From an uncultured Gemmatimonadales bacterium (lineage in GTDB: Bacteria > Gemmatimonadota > Gemmatimonadetes > Gemmatimonadales > GWC2-71-9): DNA of 64,000 bases. Below the pieces are notes generated by a model. It was given only the letters and a program-made list of their open reading frames with translations. It was not told the DNA's origin and did no database searches. The stretch's first letter is position 1. Each line of letters opens with the position of its first letter. The position numbers were made by a program, and so were the translations under genes. Where the stretch lies: NCBI GenBank assembly GCA_963795085.1, contig CAWCFX010000006.1:672001-736000 (forward strand), read 5' to 3'. Shown one piece after another: positions 9,540-21,176 of the stretch.

Positions 9540-10141
9540 TCGCCACCGTCTCCGGGATCCTCATGGACCGGGAACCCGACGCCATCATCATCCAGACTGA
9601 GGGCGGTGTCGGCTACCAGGTGACGGTGCCGCTCGGCGTCTTCGAACGGCTGCCCGCCCCGGGAGAACCGGTTCGGCTGCACACCGAGCTGGTGGTCCGC
9701 GAGGACGGATGGTTTCTCTATGGCTTTGACCGGGCCCTGGACCGCTCCATCTTTCAGCGGCTGTTGTCGGCCAGCGGGTTCGGCCCGCGGCTGGCCCTGG
9801 CGCTTCTCTCGACCCTGGGCGCGGACCGCGCGGTCCGCAGCATCAAGGGAAAGGATATCGCGGCCCTGGCCACGGTAAGCGGCATCGGAAAGAAAAAGGC
9901 CGAGCGGCTGATTCTCGAGCTGCACGACAAGTTCGCCGACATCGACGTCGAACCGGCCCGGGCGGCCAGCCGCCCCGCCGCAGCCGCGGTGCAGGCCCTG
10001 AGCGCGCTGGGGTACTCCCCCACCGCGGCCGAGGAGGCCATCCGCCAGGTGGTCGCCCAGGGGGGCGACGCCGACACCACCCAGTTGGTCCGCCGCGCGC
10101 TGCAGTGGATCGCCCAGCCCCGAGGAGGCAAACCGGCATGA
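9536..10141 (+). CDS. ruvA: Holliday junction branch migration protein RuvA
   Basis: MIATVSG, GVGY, VREDG..LYGF, SGIGKKKAERLILEL, ALSALGY; ATGA overlap with ruvC. Confidence 0.96.
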   Translation: MIATVSGILMDREPDAIIIQTEGGVGYQVTVPLGVFERLPAPGEPVRLHTELVVREDGWFLYGFDRALDRSIFQRLLSASGFGPRLALALLSTLGADRAVRSIKGKDIAALATVSGIGKKKAERLILELHDKFADIDVEPARAASRPAAAAVQALSALGYSPTAAEEAIRQVVAQGGDADTTQLVRRALQWIAQPRGGKPA

Positions 10142-10314
10142 GCATCGTCGCCCGCACCGCGGAGTGGCTCTGCAGCCGCTGTGGTTCCACGAACCGCAAA
10201 CTGGTCCCCGTCGGCGAGGACACGGTCGTGGACCGCTGTGTCTCCTGCCGGACCTCCCACCAGGTCAACCGTTCCGGCCGCCCCGTCCGCTGGGACGCGA
10301 AGCTGGCCGGCTAG
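10138..10314 (+). CDS. 58-aa putative zinc-ribbon protein
   Basis: WLCSRCG...RCVSC; ATGA overlap with ruvA; its stop directly abuts the ruvB ATG. Confidence 0.75.
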   Translation: MSIVARTAEWLCSRCGSTNRKLVPVGEDTVVDRCVSCRTSHQVNRSGRPVRWDAKLAG

Positions 10315-11337
10315 ATGAGCCGGGTCCAGGTCACCACCCCCGACGTCCTGCCCGAGGAAACCAGCGCGGAGGCGGCCCTGCGGCCGTCCCTGCTGGCCGA
10401 GTTCGTCGGCCAGGAACAGGTCAAGGCCTCGCTGCAGATCGCGATTGACGCGGCGCGGGCCCGGGGCGAGACCCTCGACCACCTGCTCTTCTTCGGCCCG
10501 CCGGGGCTCGGCAAGACCACCCTGGCGATGCTGGTGGCCCGGGAAATGGGCGTCCAGCTGCGCACCACGTCCGGGCCGGTGCTGGAGAAACCCGGTGACC
10601 TGGTCGGCCTGCTCACCACGCTCGGCGCCGGCGACATTCTCTTCATCGACGAGATCCACCGGATGCGGCCCCAGCTGGAAGAGTTTCTCTATCCGGCGAT
10701 GGAAGATTTCCGGGTGGACGTGCGGATCGCCGACGGCCCCCGCGCGCAGACGATTCCCATGACCGTCGAGCGGTTCACCCTGATCGGGGCCACCACCCGG
10801 TTCGGGATGCTGACCCCGCCCATGCGGGCCCGGTTCGGGCTGGTGGAGCGGCTCAACTTCTACCCCGCCGAGGACCTGCAGACGATCATCGAACGGAGCG
10901 CCCGGATCCTGGCGCTGCCGATCGAGGAGGAAGGCGCCCGGGAAATCGCGCGGCGGAGCCGGGGCACCCCGCGGGTGGCGAACCGGCTGCTCCGCCGGGT
11001 CCGGGACTATGCCCAGGTCCGGGCCGATGGGATCATCAGCGCCGGGGTGGCGCGGGATGCGCTGGCCCGGCTCAACGTGGATGAGTTCGGGCTCGACGAC
11101 ATGGACGCGCGGATCCTGACCACGATCATCGAGAAGTTCGGCGGCGGACCGGTGGGACTCAACACCGTGGCCATCGCGGTGGGCGAAGATGCGGGCACCC
11201 TGGAGGAAGTGTACGAGCCTTACCTGATCCAGCAGGGCTTCCTGGAGCGGACCCCGCGGGGCCGCTGCGCCACCGCCCAGGCGTACAAGCGGTTTGGGAT
11301 CACACCGCCGCCGGGGCAGCAGACCAGTATTTTTTGA
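10315..11337 (+). CDS. ruvB: Holliday junction helicase RuvB
   Basis: [42 protein letters not shown]. Confidence 0.98.
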   Translation: MSRVQVTTPDVLPEETSAEAALRPSLLAEFVGQEQVKASLQIAIDAARARGETLDHLLFFGPPGLGKTTLAMLVAREMGVQLRTTSGPVLEKPGDLVGLLTTLGAGDILFIDEIHRMRPQLEEFLYPAMEDFRVDVRIADGPRAQTIPMTVERFTLIGATTRFGMLTPPMRARFGLVERLNFYPAEDLQTIIERSARILALPIEEEGAREIARRSRGTPRVANRLLRRVRDYAQVRADGIISAGVARDALARLNVDEFGLDDMDARILTTIIEKFGGGPVGLNTVAIAVGEDAGTLEEVYEPYLIQQGFLERTPRGRCATAQAYKRFGITPPPGQQTSIF

Positions 11338-11352
11338 GCGATACGGGGGCTC

Positions 11353-11602
11353 CTAAGGGGGCCAGAGGGCATCCAGGCTGCCAAGCTGCCCCCTGACCCC
11401 CTTTACCCTCCGACCATCTTCCGTCGAGGCCTCCGCCCCCTATAGAGGGAATATCGAGGAAAAACCGCCGGCAGTGTTAACCCGATTCACCCGCGAACTG
11501 GAATAAAAACGCCAGCCGCCGGACTCCAACCGGACCCCCAGTCCGGCCCCACAGCCCCATTGACCCCTCGGGACCCGCTGATCCTCTGACCTCCTGGCCC
11601 CC
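11353..11602. repeat. Degenerate 8-mer repeat relics (same family as the 48.5-49.3 kb arrays)
   Basis: CTAAGGGGGCCAGAGGG (11353-11369) matches 48521-48537 at 16/17; C-rich 8-mer-like units at 11387-11401 and 11545-11602. Confidence 0.5.
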
Positions 11603-12628
11603 TTGAACCTCCGAACCTCCGACTTCGACTACCAGCTCCCCCCCGAGCTGATCGCCCAGCGCCCGGCCGAGCGTCGCGATCGGAGCCGGCTGCTGGTGGT
11701 CAATCGCCAGCGCGCCACGCTGGACGACCGCGGGTTCCCCGACTTCCCCGACCTCCTGTCGCCGGGCGACCTCCTGGTCCTCAACACCACCCGGGTTCGT
11801 CACGCTCGTTTCCTCGGCACCCGCCCCTCCGGGGCGCCGGCCGAAGTGCTGCTGCTGCATCCCGGTACCGGAGACACCTGGGTCGCCATGGGCAAACCGG
11901 GAAGCGCGCTCCGCCCCGGCAAGCAGATCACGCTGGCTCCCGGGGTGGCGATCGAGACGGTCGCGGTGTTTGAGGACGGCAACCGCGCGGTTCGCTTCGT
12001 CGGAACCACCGCCGAAGCGGCCATCCGGCGTTTCGGTCGCCTGCCCCTGCCTCCCTATATCGAGCGGGATCCCGACGGGGTGGACGAGTCCCGCTACCAG
12101 ACCGTTTATGCCGACCGGGAAGCCAGTGTCGCCGCCCCGACTGCCGGCCTGCACTTCACCCCCGAGATGCTGGCCGGCATCGAGCAGCGCGGCATCGCGA
12201 TCGGGCGGCTCGAGCTGGAAGTCGGGCCCGGGACCTTCAAGCCGGTCGAGACCGAGGACCCGGCCCGGCATTCGATGCATCCGGAGCGGTTCTCCATCCC
12301 CGAGGCGCTGGTCCCGGCGGTCCGGGACACCAGGGCTCGGGGGAACCGGGTATGGGCGGTGGGCACCACGGTAGTCCGCGCCCTGGAAAGTGCCGCAGCG
12401 GCCGGCCACCTGGTGGGGGGCCCCGGCGAAACCCGCCTGATGATCACCCCCGGCTACCGGTTCCGGGTCGTGGACCGCCTGCTTACGAATTTTCATCTGC
12501 CCCGATCGACCCTCCTCATGCTGGTCTCCGCCTTTGCGGGCCACGAGCTGGCGATGCGCGCGTACCGCCACGCCGTCCTGCAGCGGTACCGGTTCTACAG
12601 TTACGGCGACGCGATGATTATTGAGTAG
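11603..12628 (+). CDS. queA: S-adenosylmethionine:tRNA ribosyltransferase-isomerase
   Basis: DFDYQLPPELIAQ, PLPPYI, AAPTAGLHFT, TNFHLPRSTL, YRFYSYGDAM; TTG start. Confidence 0.97.
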   Translation: MNLRTSDFDYQLPPELIAQRPAERRDRSRLLVVNRQRATLDDRGFPDFPDLLSPGDLLVLNTTRVRHARFLGTRPSGAPAEVLLLHPGTGDTWVAMGKPGSALRPGKQITLAPGVAIETVAVFEDGNRAVRFVGTTAEAAIRRFGRLPLPPYIERDPDGVDESRYQTVYADREASVAAPTAGLHFTPEMLAGIEQRGIAIGRLELEVGPGTFKPVETEDPARHSMHPERFSIPEALVPAVRDTRARGNRVWAVGTTVVRALESAAAAGHLVGGPGETRLMITPGYRFRVVDRLLTNFHLPRSTLLMLVSAFAGHELAMRAYRHAVLQRYRFYSYGDAMIIE

Positions 12629-14153
<1,525 letters not shown>

Positions 14154-14157
<4 letters not shown>

Positions 14158-14687
14158 CGGTGCGGCCGCTGCACCTGCTGGGCTCTCCGGTCCTGCGCCA
14201 GCGCAGCCCCGAGATCGGCGTGGTGGATGACGCAGTGCGGGCCTTTGTGGCGGACCTGTTCGAGACCATGCGGGCCTCCAACGGCGTGGGCCTGGCCGCC
14301 AACCAGGTCGGCGTCGCCCGCCGGGTGGCGGTTGTGGAAACCGAAGACGCCCGGCTGGTGCTCATCGACCCCGTGATCCTGGAGACCGAAGGCCGGGAAT
14401 CGGCGGAAGAGGGGTGCCTTTCGATTCCCGAGGTGTACGCCGAGGTCACCCGTCCCTCCCGGGTAAAGGTGGAAGCGACCGACCTCGAAGGTGCCCGCTA
14501 TACATGGGAAGGCGAGGGCCTCGCCGCCCGGGCGGTCCAGCACGAAATCGACCACCTCGATGGCATCCTGTTCCTCGACCACCTCGGCCCCATCAAGCGC
14601 AAGATGCTGCTGGCCCGGTACAAGAAGGAGCACAAGGACGGCAACTATATCAAGGAGGTCGGCTCGACCGCAGCCGGCTCGCCCTGA
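14154..14687 (+). CDS. def: Peptide deformylase
   Basis: GVGLAANQVG, EGCLS, QHEIDHLDG. Confidence 0.97.
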
Positions 14688-15631
14688 TGCGTATCGTGTT
14701 CTTCGGCACCCCGGCGTTCGCCGTGCCCTCCCTGAAGGCCCTCCTGGCCGCCGGCTTCGAGATCGCCGCCGTGGTCACCCAGCCGGATAAATCCCAGAAA
14801 CGATCCCGCTCCACGCTGGTCGCGTCTCCCGTCAAGCTGTTCGCGGCCGACCTCGATATCCCGGTCCTCCAGCCGGTGAAACCGGTGGGCGACGTATTCG
14901 CCCAGACCCTCCGGCGCTACGACCCGGAACTGGGCGTCGTGGTGGCCTACGGCCACATCCTCAAGCCGGAAATTCTGGCGATTCCTCCCCGCGGCATGAT
15001 CAATGTGCATGCCTCGCTGCTTCCCCGCCTGCGCGGCGCGGCGCCGGTCCAATGGGCCATCCTGAACGGCGAACGGGAGACCGGCGTCAGCATCATGCGG
15101 ATGGAGGCGGGACTGGACAGCGGACCGGTATATCACCAGGCCGGCATTCCCATCGGGGCGGAAGAGACCGGAGGTGAACTGACCCAGCGTCTTGCCCAGC
15201 TGGGGGCGGGCGCCCTCATCGCCACGGTGACCGCGATGTCGCGGGCCGCCGGCATCCCGGTTGAGCAGGCGCACCCCCTGGCGACCCACGCCCCCAAGAT
15301 CGAGCGGGACCATGCCCGGCTGGTCTGGCCGGAAAGCGCCGAGCAGTGCGCCCGCCGAATCCGGGCGTTCGACCCTGAGCCGGGAGCCTGGGCCACGTTT
15401 GGCGGCCAGGAAATCAAGTTCTTCGGCGGGAAGGTGCACCAGGCGGTGGAGGGATCCAGCCTGAATGGCACCGAACCCGGCACCGTCCTGCAGGCGGGCG
15501 ACCGGCTTTCCATCAGCACCGGAGATGGTGCCCTGCTGGTCCGGGAAATCCAGCCCAGCGGCAAGCGCCGGATGGCCGTGGCGGACTGGGTGCGGGGCCG
15601 CAGCATCGCGACGGGGACCCGGTTCGAGTGA
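14687..15631 (+). CDS. fmt: Methionyl-tRNA formyltransferase
   Basis: MRIVFFGTPAFA, VVTQPD, INVHASLLPRLRGAAP, GLDSG. Confidence 0.97.
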   Translation: MRIVFFGTPAFAVPSLKALLAAGFEIAAVVTQPDKSQKRSRSTLVASPVKLFAADLDIPVLQPVKPVGDVFAQTLRRYDPELGVVVAYGHILKPEILAIPPRGMINVHASLLPRLRGAAPVQWAILNGERETGVSIMRMEAGLDSGPVYHQAGIPIGAEETGGELTQRLAQLGAGALIATVTAMSRAAGIPVEQAHPLATHAPKIERDHARLVWPESAEQCARRIRAFDPEPGAWATFGGQEIKFFGGKVHQAVEGSSLNGTEPGTVLQAGDRLSISTGDGALLVREIQPSGKRRMAVADWVRGRSIATGTRFE

Positions 15632-16251
15632 GGCCACTCCCGAGGCTCCATGCGTTGACCGATGCCCGGGTGCTGGCGCGGGAAGACCTCGGCATCGGGG
15701 CGGCCGCCATCGCCGCCGCCGGCCCGGCGGTGGCCCTCCACGTCCGGGAGCCCGGCGCCGGCGGACGGAGCATCGAGGCAATGGTCCGGCGGTTCCTGGC
15801 GCTTGCGGGCCCGCCGGAGGCCGCCATACTGGTGAACGGCCATCCGGAGATCGCCGCCGCCACCGGCGCCCAGGGCGTCCAGCTGGGGTGCGGCGGCCTC
15901 TCCCCAGCCGATGCCCGCCGGGTCATGCCCCGGGGATGGATCGGCTGCTCGGTCCACAGCGAGGCCGAGGCGGAAGCGGCCGCGGCGGCGGGGGCCGACT
16001 TCCTGGTCGCCGGGAGTATTTTTGAAACGGGAAGCCATCCGGGCCGCGCCCCCGTGGGCACCGGCCTGCTGCGCCGATGCGCCGCGCTTGGATTGCCGGT
16101 GATCGCCGTGGGAGGCATCACCGTGGACCGGGTGGAGCAGGTGCGGGAATCAGGTGCCTGGGGCGTCGCATGTATCAGCGCCCTGTGGGACAGTCCGGAT
16201 CCCGCCGGGGCCGCACTGGCGATGCTCGCGGCGTGGAGGAGCGGGACATGA
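15628..16251 (+). CDS. thiE: Thiamine-phosphate synthase ThiE/TenI family
   Basis: IGCSVHS, GSIFETGSH, AVGGIT; adjacent to thiS/thiG. Could be the TenI paralogue. Confidence 0.75.
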   Translation: MRPLPRLHALTDARVLAREDLGIGAAAIAAAGPAVALHVREPGAGGRSIEAMVRRFLALAGPPEAAILVNGHPEIAAATGAQGVQLGCGGLSPADARRVMPRGWIGCSVHSEAEAEAAAAAGADFLVAGSIFETGSHPGRAPVGTGLLRRCAALGLPVIAVGGITVDRVEQVRESGAWGVACISALWDSPDPAGAALAMLAAWRSGT

Positions 16252-16457
16252 ACGTGATGACGCTTGTCGTCAACGGAGAATCCCGGACGATTCCCGCCCC
16301 CGCATCGGTCGCCGACCTGTTGCACCACCTGGGGCTGGATGCCCGGATGGTCGTCGTGGAGTTGAACCGCGCTATCGTCCGCCGGCCCCAGGCCGGCGCC
16401 GTCCAGCTCAGTGAAGGAGACCGCGTGGAGCTGGTCCATTTCGTGGGAGGGGGATGA
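16248..16457 (+). CDS. thiS: Sulfur carrier protein ThiS
   Basis: VNGE, VELN, GDRVELVHFVGGG C-terminus. Confidence 0.95.
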   Translation: MNVMTLVVNGESRTIPAPASVADLLHHLGLDARMVVVELNRAIVRRPQAGAVQLSEGDRVELVHFVGGG

Positions 16458-16458
16458 C

Positions 16459-17001
16459 ATGAAGTACGCGCGAGCCGCAATACTGCTTTGGAGCGTCGCC
16501 GCCTGCAGCAATGACCCGGAACGGCCGATCGCCCCGGTGGATCCCGGAATGACTGCGGAGATCTATGACGCCACCCTGGCCGAAATGAAGCGAATCACGA
16601 CGCCCAGGGCGGGGACCGAAGTACCGGTCAACTGGAGTGAGCGGATGTTCCTCAACCCCATGGTCCTGCTCCCGCCCGCCGATTCCCTGGACCCGCTGGC
16701 CCACGACAGCGCCTGGACGGCGGGAGCGGTCCGGCGCGGGCTGGTGCGGGGGGTCTGCGGCCAGTCCCCGGCCCCGGCCTGCCCCGCCACCGAGCCGATC
16801 GCGTTCGTCTCCCTGAGCCCTCCGTGGACCCTCGGCGGCGACACCGTCTTCGTGCAGGCAGGCTACGCCGGGGAGGCTCCGGGAGAACCAGCCTACGAAG
16901 GCGTGTTCTGGATCTTTACCCTGGCACATGACGAAGAAACCGGCGCCCTCAAGGTGGTACGCAAGAGCGCGCCCAACCGCGTCACGTTCGAAAACCAGTA
17001 G
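16459..17001 (+). CDS. Hypothetical lipoprotein
   Basis: MKYARAAILLWSVAAC signal/lipobox; starts 1 nt after the thiS stop. Confidence 0.7.
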   Translation: MKYARAAILLWSVAACSNDPERPIAPVDPGMTAEIYDATLAEMKRITTPRAGTEVPVNWSERMFLNPMVLLPPADSLDPLAHDSAWTAGAVRRGLVRGVCGQSPAPACPATEPIAFVSLSPPWTLGGDTVFVQAGYAGEAPGEPAYEGVFWIFTLAHDEETGALKVVRKSAPNRVTFENQ

Positions 17002-17036
17002 CGCTATCTTTTGAAGCATCGCAGCGTGGAGTCGTC

Positions 17037-17843
17037 ATGAGCACTGTCGTTAGCCCCGCCGGCAGCGAGTTGGATCAGCCCCTGGTCATCGGCGGGCAGT
17101 CGTTTCGCTCCCGGCTCCTGGTGGGGACCGGGAAATACCGGACCAACCAGGAGATGAGCGTCGCCCTCGAGGCCTCCGGCGCCGAGGTCGTCACCGTCGC
17201 GGTCCGCCGGGTGGACCTGGACCGGACCCGGGAGGAAGGACTGCTCTATCACCTGGATACCGAGCGGTATTTCCTGCTGGCCAACACCGCCGGCTGTTAC
17301 TCCGCCGACGAAGCAATTCGCTATGCCCGGCTGGGCCGGGAAGCCGGGTTCAACGATTTCGTCAAGCTCGAGGTGATCGGCGACCGGGAAACCCTGCTTC
17401 CCGACGTGGCGGGACTCCTGGAGTCCGCGGGCGTACTCGCCGGCGAAGGTTTCAAGGTCATGGCCTATACCAACGACGACCTGGTCACCGCGTTACGGCT
17501 GGAGGACGCCGGATGCGTGGCCGTGATGCCCCTCGCCTCCCCGATCGGTTCCGGCCTGGGCCTGCTCAATCCGTACAGCATCCGCACCATCAAGCACCGT
17601 CTCTCGGTCCCGGTCATCGTGGATGCCGGCGTCGGCACCGCCTCGGATGCCTGTGTCACCATGGAGCAGGGCGTGGACGGCATCCTGATGAACACCGCTA
17701 TCGCCGAGGCGGCCGACCCGGCCGCCATGGCGATGGCCATGCGGCTCGCCGTCTCCGCCGGACGCACCGCCTACCTGGCCGGCCGCATGCCCCGCCGCGA
17801 AGTCGCGGTTCCCTCCAGTCCCACCCGGGGCATGCTCAGCTGA
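17037..17843 (+). CDS. thiG: Thiazole synthase
   Basis: SRLLVGTGKY, NTAGC, KLEVIGD, MPLASPIGSG, DAGVGTASDA. Confidence 0.97.
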   Translation: MSTVVSPAGSELDQPLVIGGQSFRSRLLVGTGKYRTNQEMSVALEASGAEVVTVAVRRVDLDRTREEGLLYHLDTERYFLLANTAGCYSADEAIRYARLGREAGFNDFVKLEVIGDRETLLPDVAGLLESAGVLAGEGFKVMAYTNDDLVTALRLEDAGCVAVMPLASPIGSGLGLLNPYSIRTIKHRLSVPVIVDAGVGTASDACVTMEQGVDGILMNTAIAEAADPAAMAMAMRLAVSAGRTAYLAGRMPRREVAVPSSPTRGMLS

Positions 17844-17857
17844 AGAACACCGCCCCA

Positions 17858-19150
17858 GTGCCGGGCGACTCGAGCGCCACGGCCGCCCGACGCGCTGCCC
17901 TGCATACGCTCGAAGCCTGTGCCCGGGGACGGGTCTTCGAGCATGCCCTGGAGGAATCCTCCCGCGGCCTCGGCGAACGGGACCGCCGGCTGGCCCACGA
18001 ACTCGCGGCGGGCGTCCTCCGCCGGCAATCGTCACTGGACGCCATGCTGGCCCCGCTGGTCTCCCGCGACTGGCCTTCGGTCGCCGCCCCGCTCCGCGCG
18101 ATCCTCAGGCTGGGCGCGTACCAGCTTACCAGCCTCGACCGGGTGCCGGTCCATGCCGCGGTGGACACCAGCGTGGAACTGGCCCGGGAGGCCAGCGGGA
18201 CCCGCGCGGCCGGATTCGTCAACGCCGTGCTCCGACGGCTTGCCGCGGATCCGGCCCGCCGGGCCCCCGCCGCACCCGACACCCAGGCCGACTCCCATCC
18301 GGGGTGGCTGGCAGACCGGTGGCGCCAGCGCTTCGGCGACGACGAGACCCGGGACCTGATGATCTGGAACGACCAGCATCCCCGTCTCGCGGTGCAGTCG
18401 GCGCGGGAGTCGGTGGAGGCCCTGGCCCCGGCTTGGCGGGAACAGGGGTTCCAGGTCGAGCCGGCGCCCTTCGGCGCCGGCCTCTACGTGGACGCCCGGC
18501 GGCCGGACCAGTTGGACGGCTTCGCCCGGGGCGCCTTCCTCGTCCAGGACCCGGCCCAGAACCTGGTGTCCCGCTTCGCGGGACTGGCGGGCGCCCGGGT
18601 GTACGACGCCTGCGCCGCGCCCGGAGGCAAGACGCTCGCCCTGGCCCGCGAGGGAGCCACCGTGTTCGCCGGTGATCGCAACCGGCTCCGGGTGCGGCGT
18701 ATCCGCCAGAATATTCTGCGGGCCGGCAGCGGACGGGAGTATCCCCTCGTGGCGGATGCCCTCGTGCCTCCGCTCCGCGAGGTGGAATCGGTCCTCCTCG
18801 ATGCCCCCTGCCTGGGCACCGGAACTTTCGCGCGGCATCCCGATGCCCGGTGGCGAGTCTCGCCGGAGGCGCTGGATGCGCTGGCCCGCCAGCAGCGGGA
18901 CATGCTGGAGCGGCTTTCTGCTCTGGTCCGGCCCGGTGGGATGTTAGTTTACGCCACCTGCTCCCTTGAGCCTGAGGAGAACGAAAGCCAGGTGGATGCC
19001 TTCCTGACCAGCCATCCGGAGTTTCGCCGCGAGGACAACCCCGGGGTGCCGGCTGAGTTGCGCTCGCCCGCCGGCGACCTCTGCATCCTGCCCCAGCGGC
19101 ACCGCATGGACGGCGCCTTTGCCGCCCGGCTGCGGCGGAGCGCCCCGTGA
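17858..19150 (+). CDS. rsmB: 16S rRNA m5C967 methyltransferase RsmB (NusB + NOL1 domains)
   Basis: FVNAVLRR, SHP.WL, VQD, DACAAPGGK, LDAPC.GTG, YATCS; start codon approximate. Confidence 0.93.
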   Translation: MPGDSSATAARRAALHTLEACARGRVFEHALEESSRGLGERDRRLAHELAAGVLRRQSSLDAMLAPLVSRDWPSVAAPLRAILRLGAYQLTSLDRVPVHAAVDTSVELAREASGTRAAGFVNAVLRRLAADPARRAPAAPDTQADSHPGWLADRWRQRFGDDETRDLMIWNDQHPRLAVQSARESVEALAPAWREQGFQVEPAPFGAGLYVDARRPDQLDGFARGAFLVQDPAQNLVSRFAGLAGARVYDACAAPGGKTLALAREGATVFAGDRNRLRVRRIRQNILRAGSGREYPLVADALVPPLREVESVLLDAPCLGTGTFARHPDARWRVSPEALDALARQQRDMLERLSALVRPGGMLVYATCSLEPEENESQVDAFLTSHPEFRREDNPGVPAELRSPAGDLCILPQRHRMDGAFAARLRRSAP

Positions 19151-19904
19151 AGTTCCGGCGCGCCGGGTCCGCCCCCTTTTTCTCGACCATGAAAGGACGC
19201 CGGGTATTGCGGGGGGGGATCCTGATTGGATTGGCGATGGTCGCCGGCTACCTGCTTTCGGCCTTCTGGCTGTTTCCGGCCCCGCTCTTCTCCCGGGACC
19301 ATTCGATTCCCCGGGTCCTCGACATGGGCCTCACCGACGCGCAGGAGCGGCTCACCACGGCCGGCTTTCGGGTCAAGATCGCGGCGGAAGAACCCGACCC
19401 CCGCGCGGGCCGGGGCAAGGTGGTCTGGCAGGATCCGCCGCCAGGGACCATCGTTCCGGCGGGCAGCACCGTCGAGATCACGCCCAGTGCGGGGTCTCCC
19501 TCCATCCCGGTGCCGGACGTGGTCAACTTCGATGCCCTGGAGGCCCGGAAAATCCTCCTGGCCGCGGGACTGGCGGTGGGCCGGGAAGATTCGGTAGAGT
19601 CGAGCCTGGAAACCGGCGTCGTGGTCCAGACCCGGCCGGGCGGGGGCGCCGCGCGCGACCGGGGGGCGGCCGTGGATCTCGTGGTGAGCAGCGGTCCGCC
19701 CCGCGCCGGCGTCCCCAGCGTGGTCGGGATGTCGCTCCTCGATGCCCGCCTGCTGGTGCAGCGGGTGGGGCTCACCGTCGGCGGCCTTCGGATAGCGCCC
19801 AGCCAGGGCCCCGCCGGCGTCGTGCTGGAGCAGCAGCCCGCGGCCGGCGCCCGCCTGGTGCGGGGCAGCCAGGTGAACCTGACCATCAGCGGAAAAGAGG
19901 AGTC

Positions 19905-19908
<4 letters not shown>
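19147..19908 (+). CDS. PASTA-domain membrane protein (three PASTA repeats)
   Basis: TM anchor followed by IPRVLDM/VPDVVN/VPSVVGM repeats with Q.P..G and V.L.VS.G; alternative ATG at 19189. Confidence 0.88.
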
Positions 19909-20570
<662 letters not shown>

Positions 20571-20612
20571 CCCTCGGTCACGGGCCATTAGTCATTAGCG
20601 GATAGGTCTTTC

Positions 20613-21176
20613 ATGTCGAAGCAATGGTTGGTCGTCGGGTTCATCGTGTCCGGCCTGGTGGTCGGCGGGTTGGCGCTGTCCAAGGTGGGGGAGAAGCTCG
20701 AACGGGTGGAGGTGGGCGGCCCGATGCCCGACTATCGCCTGACCGATTCCCGGACCGGTGATTCGCTCTCGCTCCGGGAGCGCTACCGCGGATCGGTGAC
20801 CCTGGTGAACATCTGGGCCACCTGGTGTCTGCCCTGCCGCACCGAGATGCCGTCCATGCAGCAGGTCTACGAAGCCCTCAGGGACGACGGGTTCCGGATC
20901 GCCGCGGTGAGCGTGGACGACGATTCCGACGATGTCGTCAACGCCTTCGCGGAGAGTTACGGGCTGACCTTCGATATCCTGCACGACCGGTCGGGCGGCA
21001 TCCAGAAGACTTACCAGACCACTGGCGTCCCCGAGAGTTTCCTGGTGGACAAGAACGGGATCATCGTGCGGCGGGTCATCGGGGCCCACGACTGGAACTC
21101 CCCGGTCAACCGGGGGCTGATCGAACGGCTGCTCGGGGAGACCGGGCCGCAGTCGGGGGTCGCGTCGGCCCGATGA
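20613..21176 (+). CDS. TlpA/ResA-family thiol-disulfide oxidoreductase
   Basis: NIWATWCLPCRTEMP, GVPESFLVD; N-terminal anchor. Confidence 0.92.
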   Translation: MSKQWLVVGFIVSGLVVGGLALSKVGEKLERVEVGGPMPDYRLTDSRTGDSLSLRERYRGSVTLVNIWATWCLPCRTEMPSMQQVYEALRDDGFRIAAVSVDDDSDDVVNAFAESYGLTFDILHDRSGGIQKTYQTTGVPESFLVDKNGIIVRRVIGAHDWNSPVNRGLIERLLGETGPQSGVASAR

